From Leucoraja ocellata (taxonomy: Eukaryota): DNA of 64,000 bases. The notes below the pieces were generated by a model. The model did not search any database. It had not been told where the DNA came from and saw only the letters and a program-made list of their open reading frames with translations. The DNA lies in NCBI GenBank assembly GCA_036785375.1, contig JAWMAR010000307.1, positions 248,001 to 312,000 on the forward strand, read 5' to 3'. The position numbers and the translations under genes were made by a program. How positions within the stretch are numbered: the stretch's first letter is position 1; each line of letters begins with the position of its first letter. Positions 25,325-37,525 of the stretch are shown here, piece after piece.

Positions 25325-26940
25325 CACTCCCGTCCCTTCACCGACACCTCGCCCCCGCTTCCTCCGAGAAATCACCTTCCGTAATCTAAAATCCATCGAT
25401 CCCCACCATCTCTCTGACCTGCTCTCCACCACTCTCCCCCTGGACTCAACCCATATCTCATCTGATGTTCTCACAAACCATCTCAACTCCACCTTGTCTA
25501 CCTCCCTAAACATTCTGGCCCCCCTCAAAACAAGAACCGTAACTTTTAACACATCTTCACCCTGGTACACACCTGCACTTCGTAAGCTGAAACAGACTCG
25601 TCGCCGACTTGAACGACTCACTAAGAAATCATCTCTCACAGTCCACCATGAAGCTTACAAACTCCACCTCACTGCCTACAAAGATGCCCTCATTGCTGCA
25701 AAATCTGCCTACCTCTCCTCCATATTCACTGACCCCTGCCTAAACCACAGAACCCTCTTCTCCACAGTAGGCAACCTCCTCAAGCCTCGAACCAACACTC
25801 TCCCTACCTCTACTCCGGATCTCTGAAACTCATTCCTCCACTTTTTCACTGATAAAATCAGCACCATCTATCAATCTTTATCCCTTGTACCCGACTCCCC
25901 AGCATCTACTCCACCACCTACCAAGGCCCCTCCTTTCAACATCTCCACTGACCTCCTTACCCCTCCTCCACACTGCTTCCTCTCCCAGTTTGACCTGGTC
26001 ACCCCTAATGAAATCTCCAAACTCATCAGCTCTTCCAAACCCACTACCTGCTCCCTCGACCCTCTCCCCACTCCCCTGCTGAAGTCCTGCCTCCCCGTTC
26101 TCTGCCCCTACCTCACTAATCTCTTCAACTCCTCATTGTCCCAAGGAATTGTCCCCTCCGCTTTCAAAACTGCTGCTATCACACCAATCTTAAAGAAACC
26201 TGGTCTTGATCCCTCCTCTCTCATTAACTACCGCCCAATCTCAAACCTCCCCTTTCTTTCAAAAACCCTGGAGCATATCGTTGCGTCACAACTTCATTCC
26301 CACCTCCTTGCGTGTAACCTATTTGAACCCCTCCAATCTGGCTTTCGCTCCCTCCATAGCACAGAAACTGCACTCCTCAAAGTCCTCAACGACCTCCTCA
26401 CCTCTGCTGACACTGGTTCCCTCAACATCCTCATCCTCCTCGACCTGAGCACAGCCTTCGATACAGTGAACCATAACATCCTGCTCACCAGACTCAAAGA
26501 CCTCGGCATTGAAGGTTCTGCACTCAGCTGGCTCCGTTCCTACCTTTCCAACAGATCCCACTTCATCTCTCTCCATAACCACACCTCTGCTACAGCCACA
26601 GTCACTGAAGGCGTTCCGCAAGGCTCCGTACTCAGCCTTCTCCCTCCCCCAACTGATCTGCAATTCCGTGTCCCTCACCAACTTCCAGTCCCCCTCAAGA
26701 CCCATCTCTTCACCTCTGCCTATCCTTAGCCCCACGTTCCCCTCCCTTTTCATCTGTGCTTGAATTGCCTCATATTGTGTTTTGAATTGAATTCTGTCTT
26801 TAATTTGTGTACTAGTCATGTCTCTACTATTTACTTCATTACGCTTACATGTTTCTCCTCTACTTGCTAAATTTTTGTAAGATGTCCTTGAGACTCTTGA
26901 AAGGCGCCCATAAATAAAATTAATTATTTTTATTATTACT
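25325..26940 (+). mobile_element. L2 LINE, truncated and internally deleted
   Basis: SPWYTPALR, NYRPISNLPFLSK, QSGFRSLHSTETALLKV, LLDLSTAFDTVNH and GVPQGSVL motifs. L2-type tail GTAAGATGTCCTTGAG...GGCGCCCATAAATAAA. Confidence 0.9.
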
Positions 26941-27081
26941 ACTCGCCAGTGACGATCTGAGAGAAAATATATTGAGGGAAATGGTGGAACGCGAAGAAAT
27001 ACGAGTGCGCATTTATCGTAAGGTGCTGGTTCCTTCGAGAAACGAATATAGCAAACCAGGTTAGGCTTTTGTAGTTTCGCT

Positions 27082-27098
27082 TTTATTTGTGATTTAAT
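27082..27098 (-). terminator. Probable membrane-form polyadenylation signals
   Basis: ATTAAA (27093-27098) and AATAAA (27082-27087) on the minus strand, about 850 nt after the TM2 stop. Confidence 0.5.
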
Positions 27099-27929
27099 AA
27101 AAACACATTACAGAGACCTTTTTAAAAGCATAACACGAAGTGGTCAACACAACTGAATTCCACACTGAGACCAGGTACATTGAACATGTGGCTCGAGAGT
27201 CAAAGGTTAGCTCTGAATTAAGGAAAGGACAATTGAGCAGAAAAGGAGTAAATAGATATTTGCTCATATGTGCACACGCGTTGGATTGTTGGGTATGTAT
27301 TTACACGTGCATTTACATGACATTTATTTACAGGCCTTCGGTTAGGCCGCACTTGGAGGTCAGGTCGTCCCATCAAGGGGATAATGTGGAGGCTTTGGAG
27401 AAGATGCAGAAGAGGTTTACTAGACTGCTGCAGCCCGGGTTAGAATTATTAGCTAGAAGAGGCAAACATGGATTGTTTTCTTTGGCGCATCGGAGGTTGA
27501 AGTGGGACACGGTAGAAGTTGTTAGAATAATGACAGGCATAGAGAGTGTGTCTGAATTTAACATGAAGATTACGATCTCACACAAACAGCGTTCCCGACT
27601 TTCTATACAACGGCATTCAACACCGGAAGGACACAAATATGGCCCATGCTAAAGAAAAAGAGAATGTATAGAAAAAAAGATAAAAAGAAGAAAAGAAACG
27701 TCTACCGTTTGAGAAAATTGACTTATTTTCACATGATATTCAAATTACGATTAAAATATTTTGATACATTAACGCTATACGAAAGGCAACTAGGCAATAT
27801 CAAACAAGTCAGATAGACAGAATGAACTATTGTTTATGACATTGTCCGCTTCTGATTTGAACATTTCCCTTGGTTACAACGACGTCCATAGACCGGTCAG
27901 ATAAATACGCGGTTTTCAACATTCAATCG

Positions 27930-27938
27930 TCACTTGAC
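27930..27938 (-). CDS. IGHM: IgM TM2 exon (VK-stop; KVK cytoplasmic tail)
   Basis: Polypyrimidine tract ending TTTACAG, then GTC AAG TGA. Confidence 0.9.
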   Translation of the reverse strand, partial: VK

Positions 27939-28072
27939 CTGTAAAGAGAGGGAGAGAATATGAAAGTGTATTAGCAGTCTGTGACTAAGATGCCAGGACA
28001 TCCAATGAGTAGGCCAATCGCTATTTTGCCCTACTCTTCAATCAGGTGGAAAAGTAAGTGCAATGGACTCAC

Positions 28073-28200
28073 CTTCACCAGAGTTACGGCAGCACCGTAG
28101 GAAATGCTCAGGAAGAACAAGATAATGAATGTGGAAGCGGTTGTCCAGATATTGTCTCTGTCTTCCTCATAGTCCTCTAGAGGAACGTTGTCGGCGTAAT
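28073..28200 (-). CDS. IGHM: IgM transmembrane exon TM1
   Basis: 128 nt, TAG/GTGAGT bounded. Reads DYADNVPLEDYEEDRDNIWTTASTFIILFFLSISYGAAVTLVK: acidic spacer plus antigen-receptor TM motif. Confidence 0.95.
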
Positions 28201-28918
28201 CTACGCAAAGCAGAACGCGAAGACGTTCACAATATATTCTAATCATTGTATTGTATTTATTATTTACCAAAATAATAGGGATATTAATATTAGGGATATT
28301 AATTTCCTATGAGCTGTTTTTACGTTGAGGTGATCATCCATCCTCAACAATTGTATCCACAACCATGGCCACTTGTAGACACAGCTGTTAATAAACAGCC
28401 GTTTATGAATAGTTTTGGGGAAAGCAATGTGTTTGCATATTTCTGGGATTCATTACTTATTCTATAAACGTCCGCTTCCCATTAATATATGTTACTAACC
28501 AGGATGGTATAACACTTGGAGCTGGTTATTGCTTACAATGTTATCAGATAACCCTGTATTTGGATATGGTGACCGGAGCTCGGTGAAGGAACTCACTGAA
28601 TGGAAACATTGGCTCCCAATAATGTGCCATAATTCCCACATTAGAACCCTGTTGGCTGATGTATCCTGTTTTCGGTTAGGGGATGGAGGAAGGCTTGTGG
28701 ACTCAAATATAACTTTGAACCATTTGATAGGCATTATATTTCTAGTGTAAAATATGGAGCATGGATGATCTACGGTTATACTTAGTGTTTAGGAACGCGG
28801 GGAAAACTACTGGTTAAATGATCTCATTGGCCCTTCCGTTTGCCTGTAACTAGCTAGATGTGTATCATCATGTATAAGTTTGCCTAAATTCTAACATTGT
28901 TTTCGTATTGGTTCATGG

Positions 28919-28919
<1 letters not shown>

Positions 28920-28993
<74 letters not shown>

Positions 28994-29000
28994 CGCGCGC
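28920..29000. repeat. (TG)n(CG)n microsatellite
   Basis: About 32 TG units followed directly by about 8 CG units in the Cmu4-TM1 intron. Confidence 0.95.
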
Positions 29001-29211
29001 ACATATAATGCGTGCGTTGTTGTGGAAAATCTATTTCGACATCAATCAGCATTTAAGCAGAAGAAAAATATAATATGAACCAATAAATCTACTAGCGTGT
29101 ATTATTGACACAGGGATTTTCTTTGAAAGTCCATAGGTATTAAAGTGAGAGCCTAAATGCATTTGTGTTGTATTAATGTGTTTTTTTTTGTGTGCAAATA
29201 TGCGCTTTTAC

Positions 29212-29645
29212 AAGGTTGAACAAGTTAGGGCTTTATTCTTTGGAGCGCAGAAGGTTAAGGGGGGACTTGATAGAGGTTTTTAAAATGATGAGAGGGAATA
29301 GACAGAGTTGACGTGGATAAGCTTTTCCCACTGAGAGTAGGGAAGATTCAAACAAGGGGACATGACTTGAGAATTAAAGGACAGAAGTTTAGGGGTAACA
29401 TGAGGGGGAACTTTTTTACTCAGAGAGTGGTGGCTGTGTGGAATGAGCTTCCAGTGAAGGTGGTGGAGGCAGGTTCGTTTTTATCATTTAAAAATAAATT
29501 GGATAGTTATATGGACGGGAAAGGTATGGAGGGTTATGGTCTGAACGCAGGTGTATGGGACTAGGGAGAATACGTGTTCGGCACGGACTAGAAGGGTCGA
29601 GATGGCCTGTTTCCGTGCTGTAATTGTTATATGGTTTATATGGTT
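29212..29645 (+). mobile_element. CR1 3' fragment in the Cmu4-TM1 intron
   Basis: ORF 29313..29564 encodes a CR1 C-terminus, followed by a TATATGG tail. Confidence 0.9.
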
Positions 29646-30217
29646 TAGCTAACCGTTCCTATTATTTTGCATTTCAATGAATGTTTGATTGCTGGTGTGT
29701 TTAGGTGGATGTCCATGTGCTATGGCGTAAGCATGTCGTTAATTACGTTTTATGTATGTTTCTATGCGACCCCATTAATGATTTTATTTGTGTGCGCTTG
29801 TTGATGTTTTGTGGTGAGTAAGCTTCGTGTACATCAGGGGAGAACTGGAAACGGACGTGGCCTTGTCTAATGCTCGAGCCACATCTGATATTTGGATCTA
29901 AGTTTGTGTTCTCACGAGCCACTCATAGCGGTTATCCCATCAATCGCCTGCACACATTGTGATGCCCGTTTAATAACTGAACGCCACAGCATTCTGGAGC
30001 CGGAGTTAAATGGCCCACTTCATGGGAACAAACTCTAATGGTGACACTCTATTCTTGTTCTTTACGTTCCACATAGTTGTACTTAGCATTACGTTGCTTT
30101 CATTGAGTTGCTATCGGCTGTTTCTTCTCTACGCTCCTGAACACATTCAGCATCATGTGCATCAAAAGAGCCATTACATTCTCTTATCATTAATATATGG
30201 ATCTTCCTCTCTCATTC

Positions 30218-30730
30218 NNNNNNNNNNNNNNNNNNNNNNNNNNNNNNNNNNNNNNNNNNNNNNNNNNNNNNNNNNNNNNNNNNNNNNNNNNNNNNNNNNN
30301 NNNNNNNNNNNNNNNNNNNNNNNNNNNNNNNNNNNNNNNNNNNNNNNNNNNNNNNNNNNNNNNNNNNNNNNNNNNNNNNNNNNNNNNNTNNNNNNNNNNN
30401 NNNNNNNNNNNNNNNNNNNNNNNNNNNNNNNNNNNNNNNNNNNNNNNNNNNNNNNNNNNNNNNNNNNNNNNNNNNNNNNNNNNNNNNNNNNNNNNNNNNN
30501 NNNNNNNNNNNNNNNNNNNNNNNNNNNNNNNNNNNNNNNNNNNNNNNNNNNNNNNNNNNNNNNNNNNNNNNNNNNNNNNNNNNNNNNNNNNNNNNNNNNN
30601 NNNNNNNNNNNNNNNNNNNNNNNNNNNNNNNNNNNNNNNNNNNNNNNNNNNNNNNNNNNNNNNNNNNNNNNNNNNNNNNNNNNNNNNNNNNNNNNNNNNN
30701 NNNNNNNNNNNNNNNNNNNNNNNNNNNNNN
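30218..30730. other. Assembly gap
   Basis: N run. Confidence 1.
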
Positions 30731-30959
30731 TCTGGCCAGCAAGAGCGATAATGTTGAAGTGTGTCCGCGATGCGTGCAGTGGAGCAGCTGTGACTTATCT
30801 CCAAAACCCCGACGTTACTGTGCCGTCTACATGCGTTTTCAGTAAATTGTCGCCAATATTTTCAAGTATCAACGTTAATATAGTCATCGTTTTGACAGAA
30901 TGTTTTATATAATTAATTGGGTGGCCACGTGTTCAGCTCAAGATTGGAGGTTAAAGATA

Positions 30960-30975
30960 TTTATTAGCATTTATT
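30960..30975 (-). terminator. Secretory-form polyadenylation signals
   Basis: Two AATAAA hexamers on the minus strand (30970-30975 and 30960-30965), about 30-40 nt after the stop. Confidence 0.8.
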
Positions 30976-31002
30976 TCAGAGGAATTTGAAACTAATTCAT
31001 TC

Positions 31003-31394
31003 TCATTGACAGGAATTGACAGTGTCCATTAATACAAGGGAAACGTTGACAAAACTGGGTTTACCGCTGGACTTATTGACCGTTCTGACGATGGTCTTCA
31101 AGGGGAGTGCTTCGTGCCCCACTAGACAGGAGAAGGAGGCTCCGCTAGCCCACTCCTCTGCCCCAACGGATAACAGGCTGTATGTGAAGAAGGTATCATT
31201 GCCGTTCTCCGCCTCCACCTCGGTGTTCTTGTACTTGCTCTTATCCACCCGCTTGTCATCAAGTGTCCACGTGACGAAGACCCTGCGAGGGGAGAATCCT
31301 CTCACGAAACAGGTGAGGGTGATAGTCTTGTGCGCGGAGATTTCTTCTGTCGGCGGCAGAAGGACTGAGACGGAAGGTGGCAGCAGATGTTGAC
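31003..31394 (-). CDS. IGHM: IgM Cmu4 exon with secretory tailpiece
   Basis: [18 protein letters not shown]...[11 protein letters not shown]...[13 protein letters not shown]...SSG|[19 protein letters not shown]. The tailpiece has an NVS sequon and a penultimate Cys. An internal G/GTAAAC donor (exon end 31065) serves the membrane form. Confidence 0.97.
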
Positions 31395-32505
31395 CTAGGG
31401 AACAATTGAAATTGCGTTTATTATACAAGACGGTTAAAGCGATTAAAAGCGAATATATCCGTGAGTAAACTGCCAACCGACAGTATTAACGGCATTGCAT
31501 TCCCCTTTTGTGACTTGTCTGTTTGTTCAGACATATACACCTGAATGTGCGTCTCTCCTGTGCACGGCAGAAGATTTGTATGAATCACTTCACACACTCA
31601 CAACACAAGATCAAGCCAAGCGCCCTCTCTGATCCGTGTTATTTCTGATGGCCATGGTTGACTCTGCTCCTTTTGTCATTTATTGCTAAATGCAATTGAA
31701 TGAGACGTTATCAAACCATGGCAGGAGTAGTTAGTGGATGCCAGCGGAGAATGCTGAGCGTACAAGGTGATGCTTTGTGAAGTGCGTTTTCGAAATCGAT
31801 GCAAATGATGGAATTGTAAAATGAATTCAGGGGTCGCAGGAAACAAAGAGCACGTCAGACAGTGTGTACGCAAAAAGAGATGCCTTTGTATGACGTGGGG
31901 AAATGACCCATTCTTAAGTTGCAGAGATAATGTTGGACGGAGTTGAGAGTAAAAAGGGAATTTGGAAATGGCCATTTTGACCTGGACAATACAAGCAAAA
32001 TGGAAAACAAAACACTTCTAGGCTCTTTGTCTGCGGTCTTCCTCGGTGCTATATCTAATCCCTATGGCAAGCTTTCAGAATGGCATTCCTCCGATCGTTT
32101 GTGTAGATGCAGACCATTGGAGCCAATATTAAATGTTCTGCATTAAGTTGACGTCTTTCCGATGTACGGCATTTGAAGGTTTTTGTTTTTTTCGAATAAC
32201 TCGTTTCATGTGCCTAGCTCAGAAACGGGCATTTCTGCAACTCGAGAGTATCTGCGATCTACTGACACCATCACCACATGGTAATTTGGTAGGCAAACCC
32301 ATATCCCTGCAAGTTACAACATTCATTTCATGCAAAGTCATCTCGTATTCTCTCTTTTCCAGCTCTGACCAAGGACTCAGTGAAGTCTTAGCACTATTTC
32401 ATTTTGCATAGATATTGCTTCGCCGACGGAGTGATCTCAATCATTTATTTTAGCTTTATCTCAGAAGAAAAGTGCACCAGTCACCTCTGGCCCACACCGG
32501 CTCAC

Positions 32506-32808
32506 CTTTCTTCCAGTTGATTCGTTCAGTTTTTGGCTTTGGCATATTACCATGGCTCACCACGCATTCGAAATAATCCCCACTCAGCCAGTCTTGAGTC
32601 GAAATGTTGACTTTGCTCTGTACGATATCTGCATGTCCTGTGGGCTGGATGTATGATACCAAAGGTACATTCCCACGTTTCCAAGATACTGTGATACCAT
32701 AAGGTGCATCGGATACCAGACAGGTTAACGTCACGGTCATCTCCATTAACTCTTGTTCAACTTGTGGTGGAAGGATTTTAATAATCAGTTTGTCGCAGGT
32801 ATCAACAT
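32506..32808 (-). CDS. IGHM: IgM Cmu3 exon
   Basis: 303 nt, ACAG/GTGAG bounded. Reads DVDTCDKLIIKILPPQVEQELMEMTVTLTCLVSDAPYGITVSWKR...DWLSGDYFECVVSH...INWKK. Confidence 0.95.
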
Positions 32809-33268
32809 CTGTGGCACAATAATGAATGTGAACATAAGCATTTGCAGGAGTAACCGGGATCGAAGGTTTACACCATCATCCGCCCCCAAAACATGAATGT
32901 GTACATGACCCCTTCTGATTAGTGATTCTGGGAACATGGGTCCTAAATCGTCATGAACTGACTTTTGTCTCTGTGCAGAGAACGACGCAATAAATGAAAT
33001 GAGAGGTCGCATCATGGGCTATACCACGCTAGACATGCAGAGCTGGAGTACTATAACTCAGCGGGTCAGGCACCATCTCTGCAGAAAATGAATACATGCT
33101 GTTTCTGGTCGAGACCCTCCTTTAGACTGAGAGTCTGGGTGGGGGGTGGGGGGGGGGGGGGGGGGGGGGGGGAGGGGTAGAAGTATTAATAGGTACAAAT
33201 AAAAAAACAACCGTGAGCGCTAATGTTTACACTAATATCCCGAGACACACCACGGTTGTATTTCTTAC

Positions 33269-33586
33269 CTGAAGGCATACTGATGTTTTGGCTTGTCAAA
33301 TCGTTTCCATGGTTGACTTGGCAGGTATAGACGAAATCTGCGAACCACTCTTCAGCTGTGAATGTCAACTGGCTGGTCGCCGAGAAGTTACCGGTATCGT
33401 TCACCTGGAAGGCGGGAGAGGTGACGATGCCAGAATCCAATGGCTTTCCATTCTTCAGCCAGTTCACAGTAAATATGGCTGGGGCGAAATCGTTGACCAA
33501 ACACACGGCGATCGCTTTTCTGCTGCGCTTGATTTCATCAAGAGCAGTTATGGTAATGGTGACGGTAGGATGATGTACCACGCGGA
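33269..33586 (-). CDS. IGHM: IgM Cmu2 exon
   Basis: 318 nt, TCAG/GTAAG bounded. Reads VRVVHHPTVT...AVCLVNDFAPAIFTVNWLKNGK...EEWFADFVYTCQVNH...NISMPS. Confidence 0.95.
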
Positions 33587-34444
33587 CTGAAAGGAAATAA
33601 ACTTCATTGGAATTGCTCATCGTCGATTAATAATGACACCCAATATTTTCACCAAAAAGAAAAAATCACATTTTCTGATTAAAAGTAGCCGTCCACTCAC
33701 TTGGACTTCCCGAGATGCTACTAAATTCTTTGTTTATCATGGTACATCGAGTGCTCGTAAATGGGGAACTTATAGTTCGGTGTCGTTGTCACAGGGATGT
33801 AATGGGCCGACTTCTGCTTTTGTCCACTGTGACTGTGTCTGTGCTTTTAATATTCTTGATAATGTTCTCAACATGATGCACTCAGCCGCTTCGATTGTTC
33901 GCCAGTTAAAATGTAACGTATCTATGTATAGATCAGTTCCTCGCGAATTATATGGACGCGCTGGTGATGATAATAAATTGATCAGCACTCTTTTCAAGCT
34001 CTCTACAAGTATTTTTTTTGTGTTTTATGATTTTGTGAGTGGTGAATTGTCTCGATATTTGAAGCACCGCCTTTCGTTCCGTCATAAGAACGCTTCGGTA
34101 TTATGAATATCGCTCTCGCCCCTCGGTGCCTGGAAACACACCTCACCGTTTTGTTTGATTTAAAAAAAAGCAAAGGGCTGGAATAATGTGGCGGGTGGTT
34201 TAAGTGTTTTTGGTCTTTGGTGGTTAAGTTGGGAATAGAGTTTCATCAGTGTTCCAGATGTTACATCACATCTGTGGATGCAGCTACACTTTCACATCAC
34301 TATATAGACATGAATTGTCTGTCTTTGACCAGGTGGATCGTGGAGCTCAGATGAGCGTTCGACATTCAGTATGACATGAAGAATAAAACCGAACAGGGCA
34401 CATTAGGTCAAGTACTTATCTTCAATTGTCAAATCCCGCGAATT

Positions 34445-34895
34445 ATATGGATTGCATCACGGCCTGGTTCGGCAACTTGAACATCCAGGAGCAGAAAAGA
34501 TTGCAAAAAGTTGTGACCCTTGCCCATTCCATAACCGGCTCGGACCCCCCCCCCCCCCCCCCCCTCCTCCCCTCCTCCCATCATCAAAGGGATGTAATGG
34601 AGTCGCTGCCTCAAAAAGGCATCCAACATCATCAGAGACCCACACCATCCTGGCCACACACTCATCTCACCACTGCCATCGGGAAGAAGGTACAGGAGCC
34701 TGAAAACTAACGTCCAGGTTGAGGAACAGCTTCTTCCCTACAACCATCAGGCTATTAAACATTACAACCTCATATGCTCTGAACTACAATAGTTATTGTA
34801 TTATTATTGCACTGTTATTGTTTGTTTTGAGTATGTGTGCATGTTCTATCTGGGACATATGACAATAAAACATTCTTGACTCTCGACTCTCAACT
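34445..34895 (+). mobile_element. Rex1-like 3' fragment in the Cmu1-Cmu2 intron
   Basis: CITAWFGN..EQKRLQKVV motif, ACAATAAA and a (GACTCT)n-like tail. Confidence 0.8.
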
Positions 34896-34911
34896 CCACC
34901 CCAACACAAAC

Positions 34912-35214
34912 CTGGTGGTTGTACTTTCACTTTATACTCGTTGTGGTTGTGCTGAACCACGCAGAAGATGTCACCTCCCGCTGCCGCCGCCGCGGTGATG
35001 GTTAACTCGCTGCTCCGGGTGTAAGTTCCCAACTTATTGAACACTGCCGGGTAGTCCTTCACTCCGTCGCCCAGTTGTGTATCATCTTTCTTCCAAGAAA
35101 CACGGGCGCCCGCTGGGGAATAGCCCAACGCCAAACAACCATAGGTGAACGAATCACCGGAGCCTTGATCCTCGCAGGTGAAGAGAATGAAGGGACTGGG
35201 CGCGGATGGAGCCG
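34912..35214 (-). CDS. IGHM: IgM Cmu1 exon
   Basis: 303 nt, AG/GT bounded, phase 1-1. Reads AAPSAPSPFILFTCEDQGSGDSFTYGCLALGYSPAGARVSWKK...DIFCVVQHNHNEYKVKVQPP: C1-set Cys/Trp/Cys plus an N-terminal Cys positioned for light-chain linkage. Confidence 0.94.
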
Positions 35215-35499
35215 CTGCAAAGCAAAGGCCACATGAATGTTAAACTCTCTCTCTCTCTTGTCTATTTCATGCAACTTCACCTGAGTATCACACACTATTA
35301 GTTAATCATTCCGCCTTGATCCCACCTTGGAAAACATTGGCTGAAAATGTCTTGGGGTGCCAATATCTGGCAGTTACTGCCAAATGTACGCACAATTTCG
35401 AGTTGGAAATATATCGATAGGCCTCCAGTATTAAGTACTGTAAAATTCCCAGGATTTCTCAGGAATGCTCAATGGCTATAACTAACGTTGGCGTATGTG

Positions 35500-35980
35500 T
35501 TACAATCTCACCAAACTCCTTGTTGCGACTGGGGATGATGGAGCAAGGGCGGATCTACGGGATACAGTGTAGACACGTGTGAGAGTCTCGTCTATTGTAA
35601 AAGTGGAGAATTCCCGCTCCCTAAAGAATGAGGACCTCGGATATCCTGGTATGGAACAACTCATCTTGGGAGCAGTTGCACGGAGATGGATGAATTTGGG
35701 AATAGACCATAGAATCTTTGCAGGAGGCAAGGTTGGAAGAGGTGTAGTCCTGATAGCTGTGGGAGTCCGTAGATTTGTCATTTACGTCAGTCGATAGTCT
35801 ATCTCCTGCGATGGAGACGGTGAGATCAACAAAGGGGAGGTATGTGTCGGGGATAGACCCGGGGAATTTGATCGTACGGTCAAAGTTTGTAGACAATGAA
35901 GTCGATGAGTTCTGCATGGGAACAAGAGGAAGAGTTCGGGGAATCGGCCAGTCTGTGTCAGGGGTTGTCCCGTGTATCCA
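35500..35980 (-). mobile_element. Penelope-like RT fragment in the J-Cmu intron
   Basis: TYLPFVDLTVSIAGDRLSTDV..KSTDSHSY.DYTSS, which resembles a PLE RT C-terminal region. Confidence 0.75.
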
Positions 35981-35984
35981 ACTA

Positions 35985-37525
35985 AATGGAAATTGGTGAA
36001 ATGATGTGCAATGTTGGAAACAACATTTTCTCTGCTATTTGAATCGAACAGTTATCCCACTAATCCGTGAACAGAGTGGGAATTGAAATCAATGGTTCAA
36101 ACGAGGGTTTGACTGACGTTCAAAATTACATTTGCATTTATTTAATTAAAATTAAATAATTTAGGCAGGTTTCGCTTGGGCCACTGAGAATGCCCGTGGC
36201 TAAACTTTTGATTTGAAGGAAGATGGAAGAGTTTTTGGCATAAATGGTTCAGAGATTATCCGATAAAATCAGAAACAATGGAAGGATGGCTGTGGTTTCC
36301 ACATCGGGTCCCGAACATAATTTGGGAGAAGACAAAAAATAAACAATCACAATCTTGTTCGTGTAATTTGGCCTTAAATGTGTCCATCGAACGGAACCAA
36401 CTAAGGGGGTGGATGGGATTGAAATGGTAGCGACAAATAACACACTTCAAATGTTACTTTTTAACTGTATTTTGTTGTCCCATCACTCACGAAAATATAC
36501 CGATCATTTCTATGTCGACCGTAATTGCAAGGACATTCCAAAAAGCAAACCAGCCGGCAAGAACATTACATTCATACCAGATTAAAAACATGTATGAGAT
36601 TGCATTGGTAAGGATTAAAAAGAACTCCCTCAATACAATATCTGAATTAATAAAGGTTATGTACCACAACTTCTGGAAACTAAATGTAACATATAAATTG
36701 TAAGAACATGTTAATACTTCGTAATTAAATAAATTGGCACATGTTTCAAATGTTTGTCTGTGTACACCATTGCCTCAATGAAATCAATAATAATCAATTA
36801 AAATTAATGTTGATGCAATTCAGTTCAGTTTCCAGCATCTTTAAAACGAGTTTACGTTTACAATGTGATCGGCACGGAAGAACGAATGATTAACATTGTA
36901 TCACTGTGTTCAAGAAGGAACTGCAGATGCTGGAAAATCGAAGGTACACAAAAAAGCTGGAGAAACTCAGCGGGTGCAGCAGCATCTACGGAGCGAAGGA
37001 AAATGGCAACGTTTCGGGACAAAACCCTTCTTCAGCCGGGTTTGTATCATTGTAAACATTGTATCACTGTCCGATAGGAAACGAATATAAAATATACCAA
37101 TTATAAATTATAACCTGCAATCTATTAAAACATATCTGAGTTTGCTTCGTGACTTTAACAGGAAAAGGCTTTCATTCACATAGAGGAAGTCTACTTATAA
37201 TAGTGAAAATGCACAATGTTGCTAAATCAATGTCTTAATTAAATAAATGCAAATGTAAATTTGAACGCCACTCAAACCCTCCTTTAAGCCATGGATTTCA
37301 ATTCGCACTCTGTTCAATGATTAATGGGATACCCTGTTTTGTAATTAAAATTAAGATAGCGGAGTCAGGGGATATGGAGAGAAGGCAGGAAAGGGGACTA
37401 ATTAGGGAAGATCAGCCATCACATTAAATGGCGGTACTAGCTCGAAGGACCGAATGGCCTCTATTGTCTAAATTAGCAAAGAAAATTCAGTTTCCAACAT
37501 TCCATTTTTCCCAATCTCTCATTTT
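35985..37525. promoter_or_regulatory. Inverted duplication in the J-Cmu intron, each arm with a perfect octamer (candidate intronic enhancer)
   Basis: Arm 1 is about 35985-36149. Arm 2 is about 37235-37340 plus 37471-37525, split by a CR1 3' fragment. ATTTGCAT at 36130-36137 and ATGCAAAT at 37247-37254. Confidence 0.6.
36908..37054 (-). mobile_element. Short Penelope terminal-repeat insertion with a 16-bp TSD
   Basis: Flanked by AACATTGTATCACTGT (36892-36907 / 37055-37070). Matches 20121-20248. Confidence 0.8.

Noticed and set aside
30010-30912. ORFs spanning N runs (also 44936-45687)
   Set aside because: Artefacts of assembly gaps. An extra exon hidden in the 30.2-30.7 kb gap cannot be excluded but has no support.
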